A program made the translations under genes and the position numbers. The notes beneath the pieces are model-generated. The model did not search any database and was not told the DNA's origin. It saw nothing but the letters and a program-made list of their open reading frames with translations. Below, piece after piece: positions 38,701-51,846 of a stretch of 64,000 bases of DNA (within the stretch, counting starts at the first letter, position 1; the number at the start of each line of letters is the position of its first letter). Source of the stretch: Podarcis gaigeae (Eukaryota); assembly GCA_964106915.2 (NCBI GenBank), contig OZ066925.1; one strand, written 5' to 3'.

Positions 38701-39375
38701 GCTGCCCAGGGTTTTCCCAGCCACTCTGGGCAGCTTCCAACAAAAGATGAAAAATACATTAAAACAGGGCCGGATTTAGGTTTGATGAGGCCACAAGCTA
38801 CTGGAGGTAATGGGGCCCTTTATATGTCCAGCTGTCCTTTGGCAACAACAAATTGCCGCTGTTTTGTGTGTTGAATATACGCTATATGGTAATTTATGGA
38901 CCTAATAGATATCTAAAGCCATTTGCACAAAACAAATAGGAGCCTACACAACACACAACACTGTTACTATATGTAGGTTTTATTTTTATTTTTTTATCTT
39001 ATATTTTGGAAATGTACATCCAAGGTTTTTTTCCTTTAAATTTTTTTGGGGGGGCCCAAGAGAGTGGGGCACTAAGCTATAGCTTGTTTAGCTTATACAT
39101 AAATCTGGCGCTTCATTAAAACATCAGTCATAAAAAACCTTCCTAAACAGGGTTGCCTTCAGATGTCTTCTAAACGTCAGATAGTTGTTTATTTCCTTGA
39201 CATCTGATGGGAGGGTGTTTCACAGGGTGGGCGCCACTACTGAGAAGGCCCTATGCCTGGTTCCTTGTAACTTCGCTTCTCGCAGTGAGGGAACCACCAG
39301 AAGGCCCTCTGCGCTGATCCTCCATGTCCGGGTTGAACAACAGGGGCAGGGGAGACGCTCCTTCTGGTATACTTA
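38660..39375 (-). mobile_element. L2 LINE 3' end, split by a hAT MITE
   Basis: Reverse complement of the 6704 family, with an (AAT)n tail at 38659-38700. Confidence 0.85.
38765..39113. mobile_element. hAT-type MITE (CAGGGCCGGATTTA end)
   Basis: Ends cagggccggattta / taaatctggcgctt; perfect 8-bp TSD cattaaaa. Confidence 0.85.
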
Positions 39376-39381
39376 AAGGTG

Positions 39382-39516
39382 TAGGGTTGCCATATTTTGA
39401 AGAGCAAAAAAAGGACACATTTGCCAACTTCTACTTTTAACTATGGATCTCTGTGATGACTCTACCCATGAAAAAGAGAACGTGTTGAGGGGGAAAAAGG
39501 ACACATGGCAACCCTA
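39382..39516. mobile_element. hAT-type MITE (TAGGGTTGCCAT TIRs)
   Basis: Perfect 12-bp TIRs; same family as the L1-interrupted copy at ~13676-14768. Confidence 0.8.
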
Positions 39517-39689
39517 AATTGCATGGGCTTGTGGTTTCCAATTGCTGTAAAGTTGGTTTGAAAGGGGGGGGGGCAGAAACAGGATGTGCGCAGACATTAC
39601 TAAGAATGCTGTGTGAACACGGCTTTAAAATGCAACACTAGAAACACATTAAATGTAAGGTGAACATACTCTAAGTAAGGAGGCAACTA

Positions 39690-40371
39690 CCGTATTTTTC
39701 GTCCCATAGGATGCTCCGTCCCATAGGACGCACCTAGTTTTTTTGGGGGGGGGAATAAAAGAATTCCCCCCCTTTATTTCCCCCCCAAAAGCAGGTCGGG
39801 GAAACCGAACCAGGTCAAGGAACAGCGGGATGGCGGCGCTGCGCCTCCCTGCTGTCCCCCGAGCTTGTGGGGCTGGCCGATGTCTGCCCGGCATGCAGGG
39901 TGCTCTGCTTCAGGGTGCCCTGCACGCCGGGTGGCAAGCTGCTATCCGCAGCATGGGGAGCCCTGTGGGGAACTCCTGCAGGGCTCCCCACGCTGCAGAT
40001 GTCATTCCGGCACGCGGGGCGCTCTGCTTCAGGGTGCCTTGCGCGCCGGGCGGCAGGCTGCTATCCGCAGCCTAGACAGCCTAGGCTGCAGATGTGTTCC
40101 CGAAGTGCCGGGCGCTCTGCTTTCAGGGCGCCTGACGTTCCAGGAAGCAGGCTGCTATCCGCAGCCTAGACATCCCTGCGGGAACTCCCTCAGGGCTGCC
40201 TAGGCTGCGGGTGTGTTCCTGAAGCCTGGAGAGCGAAAGGGGTCGGTGCGCACCGACCCCTCTCGCTCTCCAAGCTTCAGCGAAAGCCTGCATTCGCCCC
40301 ATAGGACGCACCCAGATTTCCCCTTCATTTTTGGAGGGGGGAAAGTGCATCCTATAGGGCGAAAAATACGG
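39690..40371. mobile_element. Tc1/mariner-type non-autonomous element (CCGTATTTTT family), long CpG-rich form with internal repeats
   Basis: TIRs ccgtatttttcgtcccatagga / tcctatagggcgaaaaatacgg; TA flanks; three copies of gctctgcttcaggg...gctgctatccgcagc. Confidence 0.87.
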
Positions 40372-43300
40372 TATTTCAAAACCCTCAGTCAAGGGCTGGG
40401 GTGGGGTGGGGGGATATCTGAAGAATTTGAGCTAAAAGGGAAGTGGTCCAAAGCTTCAGATTAATTGGAACTTGCACAGGAGAGGGGGGAGTTAGTAGTT
40501 AGCTCTCATTACCTATTGCATATCCTTTGTTTTGTATTTAATCAAATTTCTTGCTCAGCTTAAATCCCCAACTGTTGTCTCGTCTCTTCATTGTGGGCGT
40601 CGCGGTGCAGAGCGCTAATTGAGAACACTCATGCCCATTCCATGCATCATCTAAAGCAGCTTATGAAAAATATGTTTCCGAATAAAGCAATTAGTCTGTT
40701 GCTGGAGCTCTACCTCAGCTTTCTTTGTTGTCTCGAATTGCCAATGACAATTTTAGCTATGGAAAATGTTATATGAAAAATTTTAGGCTGGAAGCTGGGG
40801 CCATTTCCTTTTTAATATTAATTAGAATTAGATACTATCTGCTCCTTTCCCACACCATCATTTGGATGTGTTCCCCTGAATGCTTTATACATCTTAATGC
40901 AAATTAGTCTTTATTGATCTCTGGTGCCTGGGAAGAAATCAAGATTGAATTTTGTGTAAAGCAGCTGCTGTTTAGGGAGCTGATACTCTGAAACCAGCAA
41001 GTGTTATGGATAAGGAAGCAGATGAACCAAACCTGATCTTCTACAGAATACATCTGCAAGGGGTTTCTTTAATACACAGGAATAGATGAACAGATGAGAG
41101 AGAAAGTGCAAATTCATCTCTTCTTTCCATTTCGAAATAGCAAGTAACAATGCGACACTTGATTAATTCCACTGATAATATAATGGACTTTTCAGAGATG
41201 ATCACTACATTTAACTCACCAGGAAGGGGAGGCACTGTCTGCATTTCTTATAATAGCTTCCACTCTCTGTTCTAGTTCTTTGCAACTTAATGCTGAACAC
41301 CTTTATGAAATACCCTTAACCCTCCCACAGTCCATAGAAAGGCTCCATCTTCCAGGTGCCTTTGAATTAGTCAAGAAATGTTGTTTCTGAATTGCTGCAA
41401 TTCTGAACTTTGTGAGCTTTTGCAAAATGGGTTTAGTGAATCGTGAAGCGTTACATTGCATATATGATAAACACAAGCACAATAAAGAACCAAGCCAATG
41501 ACAGAATTCATTCACATAATAATACCTCCATAGGTCTTAAATAATTTGTAGATAAACATTTGCATGCATACCTGCAGAGTATGCATAGCTATGAATATTA
41601 GCAATGATAATTTCAAATGCATACCTACAGAAATTGGAGCAAATTCCACATGCACAATGTTCTAAACAAATGAGATAAAAGCCAGAACAATTCTTAGTGT
41701 ATCATTTATTATTTTTCTTCCATTTCAGAAATGAGACCATTCAGGAATCCAACACCCAGAGAGAAATTTGGATGTGAAGAACTTTGAAAGCATCCCTGCT
41801 AAGGTTGAACAGCAGATTTTCTGTTGTGTTTACAGAGGCTACCTAAAATGAAATGAGAAATGCACTGATTTGCAGTTTTTTTTTTTAAAAAAAGGCACTG
41901 GGTTTTGGGGTTAGTTACAATTCTTAATGTCAAAATCTTGTATTCTGTCATCTTTTAAAAAGCCTCAGTGGTAAGCCACACTTCTTGTTGCTTTCTGCAC
42001 TACAGAAGAAAAAAGTCAATAGTATCTCTTAAGATAATTATGAGATAAATTATGTACAACCCAATGCAATTTGTACCACACTCTGCAGAGTAAAATACTT
42101 AAGATACACGGAAGGCAATGTATTTCTCTGCAATTATTGCATGCATTATGTGGTAGCATATAGGATATTACAGCTAGAAGGGAATCTTAAAGGCCAAAGG
42201 TTATTGCTCCTACCCAGTATATGAAAAAAGAGGATTAATTATAGCCCAACGGATTTGTATTGGGAATCCATTCCTGAGTGAGTGCAATTGCTTATGGAAC
42301 CAAAATGGTGCCACCCATTGACCAGATGGAGGGATCAGGCTTGGGGGAGATTTTCAGAAGTACAGACCTATTTAGGGGGGAGAGCTATAGGAGCCCCCAC
42401 CTCAACAGTCCTGTGAAGACTGAGCATGCAAAAGTGCTGCACTGCATTTAAATGATGAAGAAGTGTGCCTCCTTGGCTAGAGAAGCTGAGTCAGGCATGT
42501 CTGGAAGGGAGGTGATGGGAGGTGAGAGCCTGAGTCTACTTTGGAGAGTGGATCTCCATATTTTAACAAGCTGGGACCTGCCCAGGATAAAGCATGTATT
42601 GGAGCTCAGAATCTGCTACCCCCATCTTGCTGCAACCCTCCACAGGGTCCTCAAGGTCTCCAAGCTTCTCTGACCATCCCTCCATGACAGGACTCAAGAC
42701 ATGCTGGCAAAGATATGTTAGCAAAACAGCTAAAACCAGGTGTGGTCATGGGGATGTGGGCAGCATGAAGGAAGAAGACAGTTGCACTGTATCTTACGGC
42801 CTCCATGGCCATGCCCCTGTCAATGGTAGCTTGAGACCTGATGCAAAAAGAAGTCCCTTCCACTGACTTTAAAAAGCTGCCCTACCCACATTGCCACATA
42901 GTCAGCATTCAATCGCAGTGCACCACTGCCACAACTCAATATGACAGTCTGTGCTACATGAGACTATGGGTTGTACCCAAACCAGCATGAAGTCATGGTC
43001 TTGTCGGCACAAGGTATTCCACTTGTACAACAGTGCAGATCTGTTCTAGGGGTCCCCAGACCCCCTGGGACAGTGTTGAGGAGAGTGCAGGGCATGGGCG
43101 GGTAGGAGAGGGGAAAAGTCCTGTTGCACAAATGAAAATCCTTGTGCTAATGGGATACATACGTTAGCTGGATAGTGCCCAACACCTCTCTTCACAAGGA
43201 TGCATTTTGGTGATAGGTTTTTTTTTTAAAAAAAAAGCAAACAAGCAAATATACAAAATACATTCTGCACAGAATAGCCTGACCTTAACAACAAATGAAA

Positions 43301-43706
43301 CTGAATGCATTGCATACACCTCATTGCCTAGGATGCTAACATGTACCTTGCCTTGGCATTCTGGACACACCCAACTCTTCCCTATTTAAGTTGACCAGAT
43401 AAGTATATTTATACTCCACCTTTCAGTCAAGATTAGGTCCTGGAGCAGCTTACAACAAAGGTAATTCCACAAGATGTGTATATGTGTGGCATGGTGTGGT
43501 TAGGTAAGCAGTAGGGGTGATCTAAGGCACTTTCCCAGCTATTTATGCTCTTGTATTTGTGATCAAGTTGATCTTTCTATAGTGACATGCCCTAGCAGTT
43601 GCATTGCATTTTCATCTTCTTTCCAGGCAACAAATGATATAATTGTGGTTTTTTTTGCTTTTTTTGCTTAAAAAAAGACAGCATCTGCAATGATAAAATA
43701 CAGTCT

Positions 43707-43720
43707 CCAGCAGATGGCAG
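43707..43720 (+). promoter_or_regulatory. CTCF core motif candidate
   Basis: CCAGCAGATGGCAG fits CCASYAGRKGGCRS; motif match only. Confidence 0.4.
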
Positions 43721-44273
43721 GATTAGGACTCTCAAATTTTATGACCGACTTTTTCATATCTTCTTGTATCATATTCATGACACACACAGGATCCAGAGTC
43801 CCCAACTGCTTTTTACTTTCCATCAGAGATTAAGATTTCTAGTCTCAGAAGCAGAGAACCCCACTTCATAAATACCCCAATCCTGCTAGAAACAATATAT
43901 GTGTTTTCTGTGCATGTGCCCCAAACTCAGCGGAGGGCCCTGCATGCACACAAATGCCATGCAAATGGATCCTGCCTGATATAGCAGCTGGAGCTGTGCA
44001 TATGGAGCCCTTTCAAGGAGGTTGAACCATACCAGAGATCAGGTGTTTGAGAGGAAGAGGAGATTGCATCTAGATCCTCCTGCTCCCTGTCTGACAGCTG
44101 ATCAAAAGGACTTCAGTCTTTTTTTCCAAAGGGCTATTTATGCATTCTTTTGGAGTGAAACGCTAATGTTCCTTTATGTGCCTCCAATCGTTCCTAGCCA
44201 GCTGTGACTAACCTGGAGAGGTCTTATGTGCCCTGCGCGTGCTATCAGGTGGGGGGCAGAGTTTGGTCATCAG

Positions 44274-44410
44274 CAGTGCTTTTTCTGGGGGTACTCAGGG
44301 GTTCACAGTACTGGCACCTCTCCCCCCCCCCAATGTTAAAAGCGTGGCGCTTACTGTAACAACTTTAAGGTGAGTACTGGAACCTTGTTTTCTTTAAAAG
44401 AAAAGCATTG
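44274..44410. mobile_element. hAT-type MITE
   Basis: Ends cagtgcttttt / aaaagcattg; TSD gtcatcag/gacatcag. Confidence 0.75.
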
Positions 44411-45956
44411 GACATCAGAAAACAGTCACATGGTCCCTATTGGTTGCCGGGGTTGGTCTAATTTGTCCCACTGGCTAGTTAAGCTAGTTGGTAGATCTTT
44501 TACGATTACATGTCAGTAAATTTGCGTGAGCCTTGGGATTGAGGCGACTGAGCATTAATCCCCAGGAAAGGGTTTATAAAGTGAAAGGTATTTTATTAGC
44601 AAAATATATTACACTATGAACATCAGCTAAATTTAGTACAAACCGCTGGGAATGTTTCTTGTGCAAACCCTACTAAAGTAAATCAAAGCCGAGCAATAAC
44701 ATTATTGCAATTCAGTGGGGTTTGTTCGAGATAAATTCCAGGTGGCGCCTGAGATCACTGGTCTGTGTGGTTCAGTGCTGTCGTCTCTAACTGCCAGTAA
44801 TTTTTTGTCATGTATGTGGCAGAGGGTTTTCCATAGCCATCTCTATAGGAGCCTTTAAGTGAAAGTACCAACCAGCAACTTTATACGTGCAAAAGCTTGT
44901 GCTCTTGCACTAGTACTTCACACAATTTAAACATGATTAAACTATGGAGGTTTCTCCCACAAGATGTGGTGTTGGCCACCAACTGGCTTTAAGCAAGAGA
45001 GTGAGACAAATTCATAGAGGATGTGGCTGCTCATCATAAGGCCGGCTCACAAGGCAAGGGGAGGTGCAGGATCCACAGGGGCAGCAGATACCAACGTAGA
45101 TCTTTATTTCCCCCTTGTGATAGTTTTTTCACAGTAGATCTTCACTCACTCCTTCTTACCTGGCATGGATGGAGGGTGCCACTTTGTGGTTCACATCAGG
45201 TGCCAAAATGCCTTGGGCTGGCCCTGGATGGCTATATACCACTTCAGCTAACAGAGACCTACTAATCGCTGTAAGTACTCACTCTTGGCTCTGGGCACAC
45301 CCACCTCTGCCATGCAGCCCCCAACAGATTGCCCTTGCAGAAATGCATCCCTTAACGGGAAGGGGGGGGGGGATAACATTTTGGATCATGATGAAAAAGA
45401 AAAGAATCCAAAACCTGCTCCATATTTTTGAATAACAGTAATGCAAAACATCAAAGCTAGGTTTTCATCAAAAGGCTTTAAATAATTCTTTATAAGGGCA
45501 TTGCTTTGGAACTCTGGTGCTTTATTTATCTGTGTATAGTATTTAGATTTATTACTCACCCTATCACTGGGGCTCAGGATGAATTACTACATTTTAAAAA
45601 GGTTAGACATCAAATATTCAAAAACGAAATGATCTTGCATGCATTCAATTCTCTGTGTAAACAATAGATGGAAAAGGCCTTTCTTAGCTTCCAGAAAATT
45701 CTCAGACTTTAGTGAATCTTCTGGGTTTCAAAACCGTTGAGGGACGAATGAGAATATCCATGTCTATGACAGGAGTGTGCATCAGTTCTATATGGGGGCC
45801 AAATAATTAGGTGAATCAGGATAATTCAGGGGTATTATCCACCTTATGCAATGTCAATATTCCACCACCAGCCAGATCAGGACTCCTCTAAAGCCTTGTC
45901 TTTCTGTTGCTGTGGGGTTTTCTCCTGTATGTTTTGTACCTTATAGTGCAAAACAG

Positions 45957-46075
45957 CTGGGATAGCTCATGAGACTTTTAATCTTAGGTCGTGGGTTCAA
46001 GCCCCACCTTGAGTGAAAATTTCCTGCCTTGCATGGGGTTAGAATAGATGACCTGCATGGTCCCTTGCAACTCCA
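45957..46075 (+). mobile_element. tRNA-Lys-derived SINE with CR1 tail (degenerate)
   Basis: catgagacttttaatcttaggtcgtgggttcaagccccacc plus ttcctgccttgcatggggttagaatagatgacc...gtccctt. Confidence 0.72.
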
Positions 46076-46473
46076 AAAGGACCTGTGTGTCATTCATCAT
46101 GCATCAGTTGGATGATCCTAAAATGGTCACCACCTGTACCATAAAATAAAATAAAATCCCTAGAGCTTTCCAGCTCTCTGGAGGAAACATTCCAGACCAG
46201 ACCTTACCAAAAGTTGTGTTCTAGACAGTCTCACATTGTAAACACTGTTGGAAGCCTGTAAGGCCTAGTACTGGAAAGGCTGGTGTGAAACAGCAAAGGT
46301 TTCTTTTAATGCACGAGCAAGAATTTACATGACTTGGCCACTTAATAATTATTTTAAGGTAAGAAAGAGCAAGGGATAAACCCCCTCTTCCTCAAAAATA
46401 TGAAACAATGATGGATAATGGAGGAAAGTGAATCTCCTGAAAAATCTCCTGTACCTACTTGTCTGAAATTCTA

Positions 46474-47207
46474 TTTTTTAAAAAAATAATATTTATTAAG
46501 GTTTTGAAAGGTTACAAAATTTAAAAAAAGAAAAGAAGAAAAAAACAGCAAAAACACAAAAAATAGAAACAATTAAGAAAAAAACAACAAATCAATCCTT
46601 CCATAACTTATCTTTCATTTGCTTGTTTCCTTGACCTCCTCACACCTCCCTTTTTTGTATTCTAGTTCAATTAGCTATTTCAGCAAATCCTTTCCATCTT
46701 TGTTTTTTTCCTAATAATTTATCTTAATATAATGTAACTTTACATTCTCACCACGTAACAATCTGATTTTACTTAATCTTTTATAACATTTCTGCTAAAA
46801 CCACGTAACTTCATTCCAACATCCTTCTAACATTCCTTAATTTTACAATGTTTCTGTAAATAAACTTTAAATTTCTTCCAATCTTCTTCCACCAACTCTT
46901 CTCCCTGGTCTCGGATTCTGCCAGTCATTTCCGCCAGTTCCATGTAGTCCATCACCTTCATCTGCCATTCTTCCCGGGTGGGTAGATCTTGTGTCTTCCA
47001 ATACTTTGCAATAAGTATTCTTGCTGCTGTTGTAGCATACAGTTAAAAAGTTCTATCCTTCTTTGACACCAATTGGCCGACCATGCCCAGAGAAAGGCCT
47101 CTGGTTTCTTCAGAAAGGTATATTTAAATACCTTTTTCATTTCATTATAGATCATCTCCCAGAAAGTCTTAATCCTTGGGCATGTCCACCAAAGGTGAAA
47201 GAATGTA
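46474..47207 (-). mobile_element. L1-clade LINE, 5'-truncated
   Basis: TFFHLWWTCPRIKTFWEMIYNEMKKVFKYTFLKKPEAFL (frameshifted afterwards); 18-bp TSD tacttgtctgaaattcta at 46456-46473 and 47208-47225. Confidence 0.92.
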
Positions 47208-48118
47208 TACTTGTCTGAAATTCTAGATGAGCTCTCATGCCTGCAAATTTCATACACTTTGGGCAACGGGGGGTGGGTGGGTTACAACCATTTTTAGATT
47301 CCCTGTTATAGTGAATGGGAATACAGACTGAGGTGGAGAAAGCAGAGGGTGATTCAGAAGCAAACTGGACCTCACAGATAGAAGGAAAATCTTGGGGCCT
47401 GTGCCCACTCTTAGTAAATGCCATCATTATTTGGTCACAGCTCACCAAATATATTGGAACAGCATCTAACAAGAATGCAGTTTAATAGTAGGTAGGTCTT
47501 AAACAAGACTAACCACAATTTCTTAACACTATGGACGTGATTCTATGAAATGTGTTCTGATGGCATTCCTGAACAAAATACCTGAACAAATATCAAGGCC
47601 AACACTAAAACTTCTCCATAGGTATTTTTTAAATAAAATATTTGTAGGCTGACTTTATAGGTGCCTATACTTTATAGGTACATCTCATGGAAGCCAGTTC
47701 AAATAATAATAATTCAATACAATATCTATAATACATGATATATAAACACAACATGATTCTACAATACCCTCAAAGTTACTAAGCCCTCAGGAATAAAAAA
47801 AACAAACCCAGATCCAGCTCGGCTATGCCATAGCTCAAGCCTAAGTTACTAGCTGCTCAGAAATTCTTGATTTATAGATCATACCTGCTGTTAAAAAAAA
47901 TCACCCAAAGCAGCACAGAAGCAACAATAAAACAGGATTAGACTGGACCAGTCATACAGGAATTTAACATGTCCAGGGGCACATTAATCTGCAACAGCGT
48001 AAGAACGTATCCCCCCCCCCAAGAGATGTGGGACTAGATGTGGGGCTAGCTGGCATGACAATTACCAACAAATTTTAGACTGTTTGGCTGTGGTTGGAAG
48101 TCATAGACTTGAGGCCAT

Positions 48119-48370
48119 CAGTGTGGTGTAGTGGTTTGGAGCAGTCGACTCGTAATCTGGTGAACCGGGTTCGTGTCACCGCTCCTCCACATGCAGCTGC
48201 TGGGTGACCTTGGGCTAGTCACACTCCTCTGAAGTCTCTCAGCCCCACTCACCTCACAGAGTGTTTGTTGTGGGGGAGGAAGGGAAAGGAGATTGTGAGC
48301 CGCTTTGAGACTCCTTAGAGTAGTGATAAAGTGGGATATCAAATCCAAACTCTTCTTCTTCTCTTCTTCT
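48119..48370 (+). mobile_element. Squam3-like CORE SINE
   Basis: cagtgtggtgtagtggtt head; same body and tail as 26092. Confidence 0.87.
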
Positions 48371-49150
48371 CTCTCCCTGTTTGTCTTCAGAAAGCAGGAT
48401 GACAATGGATTCAGGCAGCACCTGATGTTGTGTATCTGGGATTCCTTCCAACTATGGGCAATATAAATGGGAACTAAGTTATAAAAACAGGAAATGGCTG
48501 AAGTCCTCTGTGACTCGTATTCAAAAGGCAAGCTAGCCATTTTGGTTTGGGATGTAAATGCCACCCCAGGTATTATACAGGTTATTTGGACATTCAAAGA
48601 ATGTGGGTAGGAATAATGATTAGAGCAGGTGTGGAGAACCTTTGCCATTCCAGATGTTGCTAAATGACAACTCCTGTCATCCCTGGCCATGCTTGCTGGG
48701 GAAATGGGAGTTGTAGGCTAACAGCATCTGGAGCGTCAAAGGCTCCCCACACCTGGTGTAGAGGGAACAATTCAATTTCAATTCAAATTTATTTACGGCT
48801 ATTAGCCCATAAAATGTAGAGGGAACATGTGGAGCACACACCAGCCTTGCTCCCAATGTTCCCATTGGCTCAATCCCCTCACTCTCAATTGGAGGGGGAA
48901 TGATTTGTGCATTCAGATGAGCATGCCTGGGATCCTCCCCATAGTCAGGGTTCTCAATGTGTTTAGCTAAAAGTGCAATTAATTTTTGTCCTGCTCCTCC
49001 CAAAGAACAAGCAACGGTCAGAGGTGAAGCTGTGGAGGGGATATTGAGGGCTGCTGGCATGTTTTCACACTCGGTTTCTAAACCCTTCATTAGGGATCAT
49101 AATTCTCTTTTAAAATATATGAAAGACAGCAGCTTACATTTAGCAGGCCG

Positions 49151-49171
49151 TTCAGCACCTGGGACAGTTCC
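49151..49171 (+). promoter_or_regulatory. RE1/NRSE (REST binding site) candidate
   Basis: TTCAGCACC-TG-GGACAG-TTCC versus consensus TTCAGCACC-nn-GGACAG-CGCC; both half-sites intact with the canonical 2-bp spacer; in apparently unique sequence. Confidence 0.7.
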
Positions 49172-49375
49172 AGCAGCAGCAGCAGCAGCAGGGGTAAAAG
49201 CTAGCATTATTTTAAAATCTGTATATGATTTTTAAAGCTTTCATATAGGCTGAGTTTAGCTTATGCTCTAGCCATTGATCCTGTTGCTCCATTCTTGTTG
49301 GGTTCCAGTGTGGTATGCATTTCCTTACTGGTGGGAGATGAAGCTTTGGTGCCATTATACCCACCACCAAGGAAC

Positions 49376-49800
49376 AGTAGGTTTCCAAACACAATTCAAA
49401 GTGTTGGTGCTGACCTTTAAAGCCCTAAACGGCCTTGGTCCAGTATACCTGAAGGAGCATCTCCACCATCATTCAGCCAGGACACTGCGGTCCTGCTCCG
49501 AGGACCTTCTGGCAGTTCTCTCACTGTGAGAAGTGAGGTTACAGGGAACCAGGCAGAGGGCCTTCTCGGTAGTGGCACCCTTCTTGTGGAACACCCTCCC
49601 ATCAATGTCAAGGAAATAAACAACTATCTGACATTTAGAATACACCTGAAGGCAGCCCTGTTTAGGGAAGTTTTTAATGTTTGATCTTTTATCGTGCTTT
49701 TAATAGTCTGTTGGGAGCCGCCCAGAGTGGCTGGGGAAACCTAGTCAGAAGGGCAGGGTATAAATGATAAATTTATCATCATCATCATCATCATCATCAT
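49376..49800 (+). mobile_element. L2 LINE 3' fragment
   Basis: QFKVLVLTFKALNGLGPVYLKEHL L2 ORF2 motif; same 3' UTR as 6704; (CAT)n tail. Confidence 0.88.
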
Positions 49801-51570
49801 TATACTACCTGATGTCAAGTCTAGTCCCTGACAGTACCACAACAGCTATAGACTATTGAGAAAGTTCGCTCAGAAAGTTCACTCATTATATTTCCCTAAG
49901 GATCCTGTAAGCTATCTTGTTCCATGAGGTTATGGAAGTGACCAAGCTAAACTGGAACCTAAATGATAAATAATATGACTTTTCCAGTCTAACACAAACC
50001 ATGGAACAGATTTGCTTTTCCTTTAAAGTTTAAAGTTTAATGATTGTGTAATAATTTATGCTATTATTTCCTCCTTTTAAATTATATAGTGCTAAGGACT
50101 CATCACTTGTAAAATTATACTAAAAAACCCAAAACCCACACTCAAATGACTCAAGAGCTAGAAACTACACTAACAGTTAACATGTTATTTTCTAAAATAT
50201 TTAAAGAATTGGGCATTTTCTTCGGAAATATTTCAAGGTTTTGGAATACGTGCTCTTTTATGATATGATTTATTTATATGTTCCTCCTTTGGCCCCCGAG
50301 CCAAGTGGTGAGCAATATATTCAAACGAAAGATGCATTAAGAATGCAACACACATAATCAATCAATCCAAACCATAAATGATAGCAAAATCACCAAATAC
50401 CCACCAGTCACATTGGACATGTGTACACGAGGTCCATGCGTGTTCATACCATAATTGCAGCTCACCAGGATCCCCTGAAACAGGCAGCTCTGCTTTTATA
50501 TAAGTTCTGAGTTTTCTTGGGGCTGTTATATATAATTCTAGCTGATCCTTGAACTCTCTCTTGTAAAATGTTCCTTGCGTCTGCTTTAATATTGCTTTTA
50601 GCTGAGCCGATGTAAAACCCTTTTCACAAAATATAATGCCTTAGGATGTTTGCAAGACAAGGTATTCTAGAGAGCACTTTTATGCACTGCTCTCTTGCAC
50701 TTTGCTGTTCAGCCAGCCTGTGATAATTGATAAATTATTCTACTTCTTCTCCTTTTGCCTGTATGGGCTGATCCAAACAACAGCCAGCTTTTCAAGCAAC
50801 CTGTGAGTGATATTTATGTGATAGGAACTAAGGAAGACCATTTGCCCATCTAAATCAATATTGTCTGCCATAATTGACAGCAGATCTCCCAAGTGTTCAG
50901 AGAGGAGTTTTTTTCAGCCCTACCCAGAAAAGCTGGGAATTGCAGCTGCTACTTCAGCTTCTTCTTCTTCTTAATAATAATAGCAATAGTAATGATAATG
51001 ATAATAATTCCATTTATAAATTGCTTCCCACAAGACATGTCAAAGCATTTCACAATATAATATACAAAACAGTTACAGTTAAAACAATTGCATATATAAA
51101 ACCATTTTTAAAAACCACACACACACACACACACTAAAACAACAACAGCACAGTCATAAAATCAATTCATATTCAATCCAGAAACTAACTGGAATAAAGA
51201 TTGCCGTTTACAAGGCTTGTTAAAAGAGAAATGTTTTCAGCACAGGCACCCAAAAAGCAATAGAGAATGTGCCTGAATGATATATAATAGAAGGGAGTTC
51301 TTTCTACATGTGAAGTTGTTGCTCTGCCACTGAGCTAAAAAGATCATGAGAAAGCTCGGTCATTTTGGGATCTGCCTCACCTCCTTAGATTCCTTACCCT
51401 GAAAATATTGAACCTTGTTGAAGAGGGACAAGCTTGGAAGGCTGAGCTGAACAAAAACCTCCTCATACTGCTCTGAAGACGTCTGAAACTTCCTAAAGTT
51501 ATATAGTAGCTTGTAGCTCTGGCTTTATACCCTTAATCCGCATATATATTTTAATAGCAATCCTATACAT

Positions 51571-51846
51571 CAGAGGTGTCAAACTTCCAAGAGACTGCAA
51601 TCTACCCTCACTATAAATAAACTGTCAGTGAGCTACCCATTGGATTGACCAAAGCTGTTTGTTTGTTTGTTTGTTTGTTTGTTTGTTTGTTTGTTTATTA
51701 GGAGACTGACCAGAGTTGTTGCTTTTTTTTAGGGGAAGAGGCCGGAGTTGTTCAGTTGTTTTATTGTTTTATGTTGATCAAGAAAGATCACCAGTGGCAT
51801 TCTGCAATTGACCAGGAGACCGTGATTGACTAGTTGGACAGGCCTG
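51571..51846. mobile_element. hAT-type MITE containing (GTTT)n
   Basis: Ends cagaggtgtcaaact / agttggacaggcctg; perfect 8-bp TSD ctatacat. Confidence 0.78.

Noticed and set aside
39649-40464. GC-rich ORF cluster resembling a gene promoter or exon
   Set aside because: Essentially confined to a TIR- and TA-bounded non-autonomous transposon.
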